Shown here in pieces: positions 13,084 to 27,600 of a stretch of DNA of 64,000 nucleotides. A program made the translations under genes and the position numbers. The notes beneath the pieces are model-generated. The model did no database searches. It had not been told where the DNA came from and was given only the letters and a program-made list of their open reading frames with translations. Source of the DNA: Perna viridis (taxonomy: Eukaryota); NCBI GenBank assembly GCA_037379345.1, contig CM074521.1, positions 32,326,704-32,390,703 on the forward strand. Reading direction: 5' to 3'. Every line of letters begins with the position of its first letter. Positions within the stretch are counted from its first letter, which is position 1.

Positions 13084-14490
13084 CCCAGACAGCATGTCTT
13101 CGTCGGGCCAACGTTAGCTGATGGTTGGATCGTTGGCTTTTAGTCGGCGTTGGCAAGACAACGTTGGCCCAATGTAGTAGTCCGTAGTTATGGAAATATT
13201 TTTTCTTGATTTATTTTTTGAACAAAATGGTTTTTAATTAACAACCAAATGATTCAACGCGACATTTTGGAAATTTAAATACTTTCATATTATAAAAAGG
13301 TTCTGCAACGTTGGCCTTACTGTATTTGGACAACCATTTCATTTTATGTTTCTCTTTAAAAACTTGTTTTAGAAGCGAATTCTGAGTGAGAGTATTGTTA
13401 AATTTTGATTTTTAAATCAAAACCATGATTACATGATTTGCATTATTCTACATTTGTTCAACTCAGAGCCAGCAGTGAGCCAACACTGAACCAACATTGA
13501 ACCAACGTCGAAACGACTTTGGTAAAAAAAACATGTTAAAAAGAGTTAATATTATTCTCGATGCAAAAATGTATGTCGGTCTCAAGAAAGTAAAACTAGA
13601 AAGCAAATTCGGATGATTTTGTATGAAAGCAATATTGTGTTGCATCTAAACTACGATACTAAGTTGGGCCAACGTTGACCAAACGTTGAAACACCAAAAT
13701 GTATATGTTTATTAATATAATTTTACTTCTTTCAAAAAAGTATTGTTGGCTCTTTTCTCGAGTTCTGTTAACTGCATGTTTAATATTCATGCAAAAGTAT
13801 TCGCGTTTAATATTTAGAACTTGGTAACACAAAAACAAATTATTATGAATAACCAAATCTAATTTATGATAACAATAGTGTACATGGTTATCTCCCAATT
13901 ATGCAGCTTTGTAACTGAGAGCACAATACACCTTTTACAAAACAAAAGTTGTCTTTCATTTTGAACAAATGTACACATATTTTCAATGTAAATTCATTCT
14001 AAACACAAAACAGTGGCAGGTATTATCATATGCAAAAAGATTACTAAATTTTCAATATTTAGTATACCAATGCTCGTAGTATCTGTTTATGTTATAATAG
14101 ATTTTCTTGTATTAATCTTTTAAACTACAATCAGCTTGTCGTTGGTACATTCTTTCAGTAAAGAATTTATATGATAAACTGAGGGTAAATGCGAGCGCTT
14201 ACTATAGCGGAGTGCACACGATCAGCACTCTGCGACATGACCAGAAAATACATAATAAAATAATCTTCTAGTATCTTAAGGAAAACAATCGTCTGACCAT
14301 ATGGTTAGGTTAACGTTGGGCTTATGTTGGGCCAACATTGGGGATTTATTGAGTCGATGTTGGCATTACGTTGGGCCAACTTTGGACCAACTATTGTTTA
14401 ACTTTGGGCCAACGTTGGGTACCCTACGTTGGCCCAACGTAAACGAATCCGTTGAACCAACGTTGGCCCAACGTAGGAATGCTGGCTTGG
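13084..14490. mobile_element. Non-autonomous DNA transposon-like element with CCAACGTTGG palindromic subrepeats
   Basis: Imperfect TIRs CCCAGACAGCA / TGCTGGCTTGG; clusters of (GG)CCAACGTT(GG) at 13105-13175, 13475-13510, 13660-13690 and 14305-14475. Confidence 0.65.
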
Positions 14491-16792
14491 AATGGCTCGC
14501 GTTCCGTAGATATGAAGATACCACTATTAATCAAACAAGTGTGTGTATCATTTTGTATATTGTCACAAAAGATTCATGTTGGAATGTTGGAATAAGCTAA
14601 AAATCGGAAAAAAATTATACTTTAGTATACTAAATTATACTTCTAATAATATTTTATCTTTCGGTGATCCGTACGAAATCTGATAAAGACAAAAACAGAG
14701 AAACATTGTGTCGATCATATTGAATTTGCATCATTTTGAAGTTGTATGTTTCTTTTCCGACTTCAGTCGATTTTGTAAAGAAGGGGGGAACGGTTCATGT
14801 TAATTTGTATTCAGGGTAGAAATAAAACACATAGACTAAGTCTGTGTACATCTAGTCTAATTAAAATATGTTATTGTTGAACAGATTTCAGTACAATTCT
14901 TATTTAATTTGAATTTCATATTATACTGACCACATATACATTATGTTATAATCCATAAATGAATACTTTATAGCGTTAATTCGCCAACGAAAATGAACAC
15001 TTGCTAGCAACGGAAATTAATTGCAGTGCCAACTTTGTTCCATTTTACAAGAACAAGTACAGTGATAGTCATCTGACAAAAAAAAATTCTAAAAAAACAA
15101 CAAATGAACATGACCATGGTAGAACGGGTATAACTCGTGTCAATGAGACATACCTATTCAAATACATGTATGTGATGATTGTTTCGTGTTTGGAAGATTT
15201 TTTTCATGGACACTTTTCAAAATAGTTCGAATATATGCATTTTGTTATCGTTTTGTATATGAACATCCCATTTACCGACTAGATCAGCTAATTTACAATA
15301 TATTATATTATATACATGCGAAAAATTGCAACATACGTTTTTATATGTTTATAAAAATGTTATATAAAATCATACGAGTGCAATATTCATTATATATATA
15401 AAGTATTAAACTACATCAACCATATGATTTTGGTTTTGCATCTGTTCATAATTTATTTCAATAGCACTAAGTATATATTTTTGTGTTGGTCCTCAAAATA
15501 CGAAATAAACATAGTTTAGGGTATTTAAAACAAATTGAAAAAAAAAAAAAAAAACAATGTTGCAATTTTTTTTTGTGTGGTGCATGTAACCTTATAATAT
15601 AAGTAGATGATAAAGAATACATGATACCTAAAATAATATTAGCAACAATGTTTTGGCAATAAATACAGTGTATGAAGCTAACCTTTCAATAGAATAGTTA
15701 GACAAACCTTGAAATGAATGTCTTACTCAAAAGTTTAGAAAAAAAATACGCGACATATGTCAGGGCCTAAAACGATTCCCGAAGACTCTAGATCAGAACA
15801 ATTACTTACCCCTTACGATGTCACCTCATAAGCGAATGTTAACAATTCTTTGTCGTTACTTATAGAAATTATGTTTTGTCCCAGAGGCGTATTAATGGCC
15901 AGTGTATCTCTCGACTTGCAGGTCAGTAATAATGAATTTATCCAATTAATGCTTTTTTTCCGATAATTCTGGATCAGAACGATTTCTAGTCTTTTTATAA
16001 CGTTTTTACGAGAAAAAAACATAGATAAATCTCCAAATGGGGAATTTTAACCCTAGACAAGTGAAGAATTGAACAAGCTAACAGGGCAGTAGAATCACAA
16101 TGAAATAAATCATGTATTAATCATTAGTTGTTTAAACTCAGTACAACACGCGTGAAACGTTTATGGATGTTAGCTGCTCATGTTCAGTCATTTTTGTCAA
16201 ATTTTCGGACTTCTCTAGTTTTATCATTTTCATAGCATACATTGTGTGCCAATTGACCCCCACTTTACTGTTCATAATTTCATTAAACACAGCTCTAAAT
16301 GTTATTAAGAAGTTTTTTTTTTTTATGAAATCCCTTTTATTTCTTCTGAGTTTTTAATGGATAAAACCTACTAATAACAAAACCTATGGCAAATCTAGGG
16401 CAATCCTCCCCTTCCACAAAAAAAAAAAAAATCAAATGGTTATATCTCAAAGAACGAGTACGATGATCCATCATTTCCTTTATTCATATTGTTCTAGCAT
16501 GAAAAAAAAACTTAAAAGATTTCACAGCCCTTTGAAATCCTTACTATTTTTAACCGAGCAGGACCATCCTTACTTCTTCTCAGGGTGTAAACCAATACAC
16601 TGACCGACATTATACATATAATAATTCATCTTTATAATGCAAATCAATTATCCACAAATATAGTTTTGCAATGTGATCATAGTGTATACTAAAAACAATT
16701 TAACATCAAGTCATACATTCGTCCGACACCATGCAACTGTGAAGATTTGAGAAAAATATATGAAGCAAAATGTACATATTGGACACGTTCCC

Positions 16793-17100
16793 TTATAAAA
16801 AGCGCATTTCTCTGTACTCTTTATGTGCTATTCTCAGTTCATCTGCTTCAAAATCTTTATCCATTTTCTCAAGCGTAATGGCCAAGGTAGATACCATACC
16901 TTCATATGGCCGCAGTCCCCTCCACTTCAAAAATATTTCTTCAAGAAAATCATCAACTCGTTGTTTTTCAACTGACAGCTCGGCAAGTCTACTATGATTA
17001 TCAGCCTTCAATTGCATTGCCAAATAGAAAGCTTCATCTTTGTTCAGTCGTTTTGATAAATGTATTAGCGACGTATCTATCCTCAAGGCTGGAATTTTAC
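16793..17100 (-). CDS. ANK-ZU5-DD terminal exon (death domain)
   Basis: taacag| KIPALRIDTSLIHLSKRLNKDEAFYLAMQL...FLKWRGLRPYEGMVSTLAITLEKMDKDFEADEL...RFL*. Confidence 0.83.
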
Positions 17101-18633
17101 CTGTTATATACAAAATAATAGCAATTAAGAGAGAACCTAACATCTCTAAAATTCATTTGATTCGTTTAAATTTCTTGACCGGTAGTCGTCCACAAATGTC
17201 TTCCGACAGTGAAACGGAGCCTGCATCGCAATTTACTATGGCCTGGTCGCCGACGTTGAACATCCAGAACCTTAATGTTTACATGATCCACCGCCGAATT
17301 CCATGGATGAATGCCTCGTTTCGTGACGTCATGATACAGTAAAAGCGTTTGACAAGACTTGTTGACATTTTTATCCAGGTGTAAAACAGTTACCTTTTTC
17401 ATTTATATTATTGTAACATGTGGTTTCCATGATATAAAGTTCAAAATAAATCATAAATTTATGAACTCATTTCAGAGCCCATTGTCCACAATTTCTTCAA
17501 AAAAGTGCGTCGCCAGTTATGCAAAAGTGAAATAACTCAGCCCGCAACCGTAGTGTTGTATAAGAATCATTTTCGGCATGGAATTACAAGGAAAATATTT
17601 TCCAAAATACTTTTAAAGTCATTTACATTTATACAAATATTTAGGTTACAAATACAGAAAGCATTTTCTCCCGATTTTATTATTTTAAAATGCATTGGCA
17701 GACTCTTACGGATTTGCATACCCATACTGTCGCTACGATATTACTTCGCGCTGCGTCGTTAGAGGCGCAACAGCGGCACTTTTTGTAAACCACGTAAAAG
17801 GCGATTTTACATAGAATAGACTACAACCAATATTTTTTTTATTTGCAGGATAAACACAATACAAAACCAGTGTCCTAGCATATCGGAAATATGGGTATGA
17901 AGCTAAGAAACAGGGGTTTCGCGAGTTGACCAACTGCTACATTACTCGGGTTTTACAATAGCGTTATATATATATATATATACAATCGTCTCAGAATGTG
18001 ACGACTCTATTCGCTACACTGCTCCATCGGATCAAATTGATACAGGGAAGATACATAAACATATACAAAGGTCTGAAAAATTCCCAACGATGTTAGAATT
18101 GTCAAATTTGCGATGCAAATTTTTGGTCGCTCCCTCCGCGGGACTCGAACTCGTACCGTTGTGACATCTATGGCAACACTGCCTGCACTAAGTCCAGCGC
18201 CCTAGACCACTCGGCCAGCTAGGCTATATAAAAATATAGCTTTCGCTGGCCGGGTCATTCCTCCTCGTAGGATTAATCTAGGGCTGTAACTTAGTACACG
18301 ATGTATGGTAGTACGGGACAGTTCATTTTTAGATGTTATTATGTAGGATAGAGGATCAAATTAATGATGCATGTCGTAACAAATCAATTTTATACAAACG
18401 TCTCAGAATGTGACGACTCTATCATCATTAATTTGATCCTCTCTCCTACATAATAACATCTAAAAATGAACTGTCCCGTACTACCATACATCGTGTACCA
18501 AGTTACAGCCCTAGATTAATCATACGAGGAGGAATGACTCGGCCAGTACAAGATCGAGTCCCGCGGAGGGAGCGACCAAAAATTTGCATCGCAAATTTGA
18601 CAGTTCTAACATCGTTGGGAATTTTTCAGGCCT

Positions 18634-18687
<54 letters not shown>

Positions 18688-21600
18688 TTATTTTCTAATT
18701 CAATATTAATTATACAGAACATGACTGCTTCGATTTGTTTATTGCCCTTTTGAATTTTAATAAATATATTGTAGGATAACAATGTTGTCTGTAAAATGTA
18801 GAATACAAGACTGAACTTACATTGAATATCTTTAATGTGTGATCCAGATGTTTTCGTTTCATCTTCTGTAAAATATGAAAAAGATACTAGTATATAGAAT
18901 TTACGTGATTCAAATGTTTGGTCATAGTGTATACTATTATAGAAATAGGTATTTTCAATGAGAAAAAAGTGTTGTTATGTTCAACACATCAAACTTTACA
19001 AAGTACATGTATGTATATCAAACTTTAAAAAGTACATGTATGTTCATCAAACATCATCTCTGAGGAACAAAGACAATCTAAAAGTATTTTATACAATCTA
19101 CTAAGGGGAATACTAAGGATTTCAATTAAAGCGTTTATTTTACCATCTGGTTCAGGTTCTTGGGACTTCAGATATACTGGTAGTTCTGTGATGTGTTTGT
19201 TTTCAATCAATGGATCCCGTGGTACTATAATTTCTTTGGTGGAACATAAGCCATTACTTTCTACGATTCTTATTGGTTCCTGGGCTGTTTCAACAATACT
19301 CTCAATCTTAATGCTGCCCACAGGGCTTTGGGTTTTGTCAACTACCTCAGCGTTTAATGGGATGAAATTTTCCCTGTTTGGATTAAACATAAGCTTGTGT
19401 GTATCTGATTGTTCGCTTCCGATTCTTTTTACATTTCCGATGAACTGCACCTGTAATTATGGTCGAAAAAAAAATAATTAGCATGACAGTCCACCGCCTG
19501 GCTGGAGAGGCCCAGGAAGGTAAACCGCTTCCCCACTCACACATTCATCAACTCCATTATAGTTTTCAGGGAGTTTAATCATGTTCACATTCCTCCTATT
19601 TACAAATCACTTAAACAAAAAACCTTCAAATGTTACATATGTAAGACTCAGATGCATGTCCGGTTCTTCAAAGGTGTCCGATCACATTATAACTTCAATG
19701 TTTGTGTTGGAAATTGCAAAACATCTTTTTTAGTTACATCATATGTCCACTGTGACACGGCCACTGTAATAAATGTGTCCGATTTACAAAATATCAAACA
19801 AAGTTCGTCTTATGAATTTTCCGGGGCTTAGAGAGACGATATGTGACCAGTAAAATGCATGATTTATACTCATCATGTTTATATGCGCACAATATGTTTA
19901 ACTTGTTGCTCCACCTCTGTTGAAAATAATGGCTTAAAGGAGAGGATAAGTGTTGTCATTATAGTAGATTGTGTCCATAACTAACTGTAAATCTCTGGTG
20001 TACAGTCATATAGTTTGTCAAAAATTACAATGGTGTCCACACTTGCCCCAAGTGAACCGAGTTCAACGCGCTGCGGTCGTACCAGCGTCTGACGTTCGAA
20101 ATTCACTTTAGTATGAGAGGAAACGAACGTCTACCGGTACGCCGAGTTTGGAACGCTAGACTCTCGTCTTAAGTAGCAGTCTTTTTTAAAAATCATGCAA
20201 ATTCTGTAAAATGTGATATGCCTAAAAAAAGTTACATATTTTTATATTTGCTATTAAGTTGCTTTATAGCTCTATATGATAAAATGTATGATTATTCATT
20301 CCAACATGTCTGCTCTTAGGAGATAATCCAATAGTTCTCCTATGAACAAAGGTTACATGAAAAACCAAGTTACTTTCTGTTAACTATGACATTTTAAACA
20401 AAATATCAAAAATTAAATTATGCAGCCTTTCCAACCATGAATCAGATTTTGCATGATTCTTATGTGGAGTACTACTTAACACCAGACGTTGTTTACTTGT
20501 AGGATGTAGATTAATTATTACGACAATTAAGTCCACGTTTGCTGTCATGTGACGTACTACCGGACACGTTTGTGAAATGGGACATGCTTGTGAGTCCTAC
20601 ATATGTATTTTGATTTTCTACATCATCAAATGAAGGAAAAAGTTATCAATAACTTTCCAAGGGAAATTAAATATTGTCCTTACTCTTAAAATGCAGGCCT
20701 AAAAAATGAAAATCTTAATGATTATTACATAGACACTGTTTCACATTATTTTGGGCAGTTATTATTTTAGATAACCGCATCACTTCTGCTCAGTTAACAG
20801 ACTTAATTATCTGATTTTGGTTAACTATAACGATATAATCGTAAAAGGCTATTTTTCAGCCCGTGTTACACCTGTTAAATAAACGTTGAATATACATGTA
20901 ACTAAAACCTGTGTTTTTTTGTTTTTGTTTTAATCTGAAAAATGAAATTGCGGGTATTACAAACAATAAATATTAATTAACTTACTTTAAACCACTGGTT
21001 GACTTGTACTACTGCCGTATGAGAACCATCTTGGAGGTAATAACCTTTTTTGTCCCATTCCTTCTTCCTCTTTTTAGCTTTTCGTTGAAGTGTACATTCA
21101 AGCACAACAGCGAATTCAGTTCTATTGATGGGCTGCACCATAACAAAGAACTCGACTGGCCTTTCGTTTTTTAGAGCTGTTTGTATAAGTTTAGTGACGG
21201 CATAAAAATCGTTCTCGACCTTCTTTTTCACAACTCCAGTGAATCTGTATTTGAGAGTAATTCATTAGAGTTGTTTATGTTGTCGATTTTTAATGGAGTA
21301 CATGTACTTTTAAAAGTTGTAAAAATTAAAAAGCTAAAAATTTATTGTCATCGTTGTACGAGGTGTATTGTCTTTCATTTTAACCGTATGCTACTTACAA
21401 TTTATCAAATTGCAAGTGGTTACAAAGTAGGTAAAAAAAGTTATCAAAAAGAACTTCAGAACATTCAACGAGAATTTATTTTATTATAATTCAATTTCAA
21501 TGTAAAGAATTTCGTTTGTATGACTCTCAACTCACTAAAGCTTCTGTATCTTGTTAACTGACTGTACGTACCCGTATTACCATCTTCATTTACGCCTTGT

Positions 21601-24600
21601 AAAATATTTTGAAGGCTTGAACATGGGAATCCTTTATTTGTTGAATGATTTAAAATTACGTCTGGTGCTGGATTGTGGTGGTATTTTGCTACCATTTCCA
21701 GTGTACTTACGTTTTGTGTGTAGATACATTGTAGATAGACCCATGTGTAATTTAGGACATATTAATGATAGATTTCCGTATAAACAACTCTTTTTTGGTT
21801 TAATGCTTTTCGACCTTAAGCGTTCTACAAATGCAATGCACAAACAATCGAAATCTACATTATAACATAATTTACATGGAGAAGTGGCGAATTTGGAATG
21901 CTGCAACGTTTAAATGTCGACGTCTGCCTTTCTTGGCATCTACTATTTCCCAATCTTCGGCTTCTTCAGGATATTCTTTCGAAGATGACAAAATAACAAT
22001 ATCAGCCCCTTCGTCGACGTTTGAATGCATTGGTAATTTCATATCAATCGGCTGTTTTGGTTGTTGGTGATTGCTCATTGAAAGGTCAAGGACATTTGTT
22101 AGTATAACAGGTTCCACATTTGAATCATTATCGCCCTCTTCACCGACATCTTTTGTCTCAGTTACCTATACAAATACAGTATTAGTAGGCTATTTTAAAT
22201 ATAAGAGTAGTCAAGGGAACCAAGATTCTAGCAGAAATCAGAAGAATATAATCCCGGGGTAAAAACAATGATAAGGTGTCATACCGTATTTTTAAATACA
22301 ATGTAGACTATACATTGTGTATGCTTGTACTTGGAGATTTGGAAAATGGGGTTCTAGAAAAAGAAGAGGAAATAATTATTGCTAATTTATGCCAATTGTT
22401 GCTCCAAATACAGAAAGTTTTCCCTAAAAGGAAGTGAATCCGAGGAATCCCCAATGACCCACTACTGGCTCCCATTTTAGATCAGGTCTAACATTATCAA
22501 ATTCATTCGCCATCCGTGTCAGGGTCCTATTAAGTTTGAAGTCAATATTGCAATATTATGATATTACTTGTAATAATGACAATAGATAATTTTATATTAG
22601 GAAGTGCTATAAAGAAGACTTCTTTTGGGTCGATTTATGTCTTCAGGTTTTGTTCTCTACTATAGCCATGTTGCTCTTTGGTATACGGCTCAACCGTAAA
22701 GTTCAATGTATAGCCTACCTGTTGAAGTTAAAAATTTAAAAATCAAAGAACTGCTTCTCCCTACATGTTGAATCTCTACATTGTAATTCAGGTTATGGAA
22801 TTAATTTAGAAAAAAATAAAAAAGTAATTCTTAACAACTGCACGACCTTAATTAAAAAAAATCCCATGTTAAATGTTAAACATTATTAAAAATGGCGGAA
22901 ATGAAACTTACATTGAACAAAAGATCTCCAGGTTCGTCAAAAGTGTCCTCGGGAATAGCGATTTCAGCATCCGGTTCCATTTGTGGCTGTATCGTACATG
23001 CCTCCTCTGTGATGGAGAATACTTCCGGTTTTTCGATGGTAACGAACATAAAAGATGTTATAGTGTTTGGCTTTACAATGATTGTTGCCTTTACTTCTGT
23101 TCTCTAAAGACAGATATTATCATACATGAATTCATATGTATCTAGTAGTATTGTACACTTATGAATAAGAATAATGAATCCGATATTTGCAATACAAAAT
23201 GTGTGTCCACGAACACCTTTAAGAAAGTTTTTTTTTTAAGTAAATTGTTAACACGAATTATTCGTTGAATTTGGCATGTAAAACGTGAGAATTATAATGA
23301 ATTAGTAATAAATATCAAAACAAAACTATTTCAAAATCAAGAAATAAAAAAGAAAGACATGCATCCTTGGGGAGCGTTTCACTAACATGTAAAAACCTGG
23401 TTCTCATCAGGTAGTAGTCTTTACAAAAATTACTGTTCAAAAACTATTACAGGCCACATAACTAGTCTTTGCTTATCATTTGGGGTGCGCTTTTGAGATA
23501 AAATTTAAACAGATTGTACATGAAATTAGTACTTTGCAAGTGTTGTCGTTCTTGATTTGGTTTGATTTGGTTATTTTAGTGGAAGGTTGAAGTGTATTTT
23601 TACAGATCTAAATACAGACAGGGCTGTTGTTACATGAACATGCAGCAAATGTAGACCAAATATCATTTTGATTTTGGTTTTTCTAAACCATGAATCACCT
23701 TACAATAGGTCATGAATCACCTTACAATAGGTCATGAATCACCTTACAATAGGTCATGAATCACCTTACAATAGGCAATGTCTGGACTGGTACTTAATTA
23801 AAATATAAAGCTAAAGAAAGGGTGTTATCATTGTATAATTAACTAATGAAACATTTAAAACACCCGTCAAGATGATATTTCATGTATTTGAGCACTTTAT
23901 TTCATATTTTCTAAATATAGTTTTTACTCGACTTACGTTTTTCTCTTCATTTCTAAATGTTCCGTCTATCTTGCCGACATTTCCTTGAGGGGAAATGATA
24001 TTAAGGGTTTCGTTACATTTAGGAAGACCTTTTACATAAAATTCCATTGTAAACTCAGTTGTGTTTGCCCCCCAGACACGACACTCAAATATTTCACTAA
24101 ACAATTCTTGATCTTCTTTTATTAACTTTTTCACGTCAGTGAATTCAACTTGAAGCCGAACACAGTAAAAATAATATGCAGGTATATTCTTTGCCACTAG
24201 GTTGATACCAAGCTCCTTCATTTTGGTATCTTCGTTCTGACCTATTCTCTTGATCGAATACTTAATTCCACTGCAAAATACATGTATACAGTTGATTTAC
24301 AATTACATGCATTAGAAATTAAATAGTCTCACAGGTAAGTTGTACCCAACCGCAAAATGGGTCTTTGCTTTAATATGTTCTGTATATATTCGCTGTAATG
24401 TATATGATATTTCGTACTAAGGTTATGCCAGAGCTTGCCGTAACTACGCAGACTTTTTGTATCGCGCTAGACTTCGAACAGGGTTATGTACTACAAGATT
24501 GAAGTCATCACTACAGACGTTTTATGGTCGTCATCATGAATTCTTGGGTCGTTACGGTGTATCCATCTGCAACATGCAAACTGATTTGTTCAACGTGTCA

Positions 24601-27600
24601 TAGTTTCCCCTTTTCTCTTTCCGAATTTGACTTTTAATGAGCAACTCGGTGAAAAAAGAGGACTCTTACTCTACCGGTGGACCTGTTCCATGCTCCAAGT
24701 TTTTAGTAGAGTCCGAGTTGCACATTTACTTTTGTTACTTTGTATGTATTATTTTAGTTGCTTTATGTTCTTTGTCGAGTTTGTCTATTTTCCATGTCTG
24801 TTTTTTTAGTTCCTGGATTACATTCTTTTGATTTCCGCTAGAATCTTGGTTCCCTTGATTACTCTTTAAATGTTTAGCTTAAAAAAACATTTGCACGTCG
24901 TTTACAAATCTTTTTACCTTGTACACGTATGCCTTTTTTTATTTTACTTTATGACCATTAGCATAACGTAAGAAGTATTTACCCATGTTTAAAGCCAGGT
25001 AACCGCGGCCACTGTAGTTGGAATATATGTATTATTGCTTGATCTTTCTTGTCTTTTGATTTCAGTGCTTCATCAACCCAAATCTACGCAACAGAAGACA
25101 AAAAATGAATCTAGAAAATACTGTGAGCACTGTTCACTCAACTAACAATGTATACCATCGCTCCCCAGTTTATTAACATGCATAGTTTGACCAATGACCA
25201 ATGAAGTTATGATCTTAACAAGGATTACCTACATGCTTTTATCATTCAACCGGTGGATGTTGATTATACAAGCATGTAGTATATAGACTAAAATATCGAT
25301 TCTTAGCTGAATTGATGGTACCCTATATTCCTGAACGCTGAAGTAAATCAAACCAACAAAACAAGCAAAAACCTTCCAATCCAATTTTCAATTGAATGTG
25401 CAGATCTTCAGTATATATTAAACGATATATACCAGTTTTATTTAGTTCCATTGTGTGGTGAAATAGTATCGGATAAACGATGAGTACCCTGTTTTCATCA
25501 ATGGTTAAATAAATTTAACTATGGAATCCCCAATTTAAAAAAAAAAACACGTTCAAATCAAAATCTGAAATAGAAGGCCTACAATTCCATATTTAGAAAA
25601 AAAATATATGAACGTTTCATTAAATTCAACCTGTGGTGGAGTACTTCCTATGTTTTGTTTCTTTCTTGGTTCAGGCATTGTTTTGTCCGCGGATTTCCCC
25701 TTGTTTGTACCTTCGGTATTTCTTTTTTAAAGGGAAGGAAACATTGACGATGGAACCGATATTTGGAAAATACATTGCTATCATTAAAGAAACAATTATA
25801 CCAACCCAGTCTTGCATAACGAGATCAGCTCCAAACATGCATAGTACTTCTAATACTTTCACATGCTTGCCAGCTACTGCTAGTTCCAAAGGAGTTCTAC
25901 CCTCCTGTTTAGAAAAGACAAAGTTTAAATCAATTAAGGAGATAATTTATATGCTGTTGAGAACAAAACAAGATGATCGATCATATTTTATATTTCGCAC
26001 TCGATATATTATGACGAAGTAACCCAAGTAGGGTATTCGTAAACTTGTTTACTTTTACTAGTATGTCATTACATTAATGTACAAATGAAAATTTGAAAAA
26101 AAAAGAAATGAAGAAAGGTAGCAAATATTTCTGCTGAAGTGTTTATAATTTTACAACCCAATAAAACAAAAAACGGGAAGGCGATAGTCAAGTGAGACAT
26201 GCATAACATAAGATTAATAATTACTGACCCAGTTAAGGGCATGTACATCACCACCTTGGGCCACAAGGATCACCATCGTCATATCATGTCCTCCTCGAGC
26301 GGCTTTGTGGAGTGCAGTTTCTCCATTCTTAAAAAAAAAAGATAAAAACCATCAAACAAGTCAATAAACTGTATATGAGAAGCATATGAAAAACAATTGA
26401 AAACAGACAATCGTGAACGGAGTACTTCATATTTATCTTGCACCTAGGCTTTCTACATTAACTATACAAGTATAGGTCGTCGAGGGCAAAATCTCGTTTT
26501 CTGTTTAGCTGTCTGATTTAAAGCAATATCTATAAAGCAGAAAAGATCAGTTTTAAATTGCTCTCTTAATAAATTGGAATAGAAAAATACATTAAACTGG
26601 TTGCACATAAAATGTCTGTAACATGTCATTTGAATGGTCAAAGTGTTATCAATGAATCAATTGCGTTATCTATGAATTAGCTTCGGTATCCTATAGTTAA
26701 CACTTGCTAACCCATAGATAACGCTAATTTCGTAAAATAATTTATACACTCATCGAGACGTTTAGGTTTCCCGCACGCACGATACCCAAACGCACGCTAA
26801 ACGCTCACCAAACGCACGATAAACGAACGCTCCAAGCGTGCGTTTAAACGCACAATAGACAAACGCTCATATCGTGCGTTTTGACGAACGACGAAAAATA
26901 ATAATATTGACGTATAATGAAGACAGAATAAATAGAAAATAAAATTAATGAATTTACATAAATTAATAATAGTCAAAATATGAAAATAACAGTTCAATGA
27001 AGTACAAAAATAAAGGAACGCTTCTATCGTGCGTTTATCGTGCGTTTAAACGAACGCAAAACGATGTGTAAAACGTACGATAAACGATGCACGAAGCGGG
27101 TGTTATCTGTATGCGTAAGCGAGAGTTATCTATGGAGGTGATATTGTGAGTTACGGTCTGTTAACCCATAGATAACGGACGATGAACCCATAGATAACAG
27201 TGTTATCCAATAGATAACGGGGTTTTGGTTAATTTCGCGCGCCATACATATACATAGATATTTCGTAAATAATAAATAATTACGGTTTGATCTAATTTTT
27301 TACTCACTGTATCCCATTCTTTGACGCTACTTCCTTTCTCCAGAAGTTTGATCACCAAGTCATCAAAACCAGCTAACGCTGCATAGTGTAAAACAGTACA
27401 CTTCACCTAAAATTATTAAAAGGAAGCATTTTTGCTCCTGTTTAACATACTAATATACATACATGTATGCACGAGTTACAATCAGTTAAAAGCATATGAA
27501 TGTACATTGTGTACCGTGTGTCAAAGCATACAGTAGCAAAACAAATGACATGTTGATGTTGATGATTATAATGATACCTGGGTCCTATGGACTTCGTATT

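Noticed and set aside
14301-14600. ORFs over CCAACGTTGG arrays (VGPT-rich peptides)
   Set aside because: Chance frames in palindromic subrepeats of a non-autonomous element
18125-18224. tRNA gene (Leu/Ser-like) on the minus strand, also at ~56785-56883
   Set aside because: A and B boxes are present, but the acceptor and anticodon stems do not close properly and the sequence sits inside a repeated element, so it is tRNA-derived rather than a tRNA gene
23689-23775. CRISPR-like regularly spaced repeats
   Set aside because: Head-to-tail 22-bp units with no spacers; eukaryotic intron; no cas genes
25632-25730. Extra exon of the ANK-ZU5-DD gene (NTEGTNKGKSADKTMPEPRKKQNIGSTPPQ)
   Set aside because: The flanking exons join in frame without it, and including it needs weak alternative splice sites; possible but unsupported
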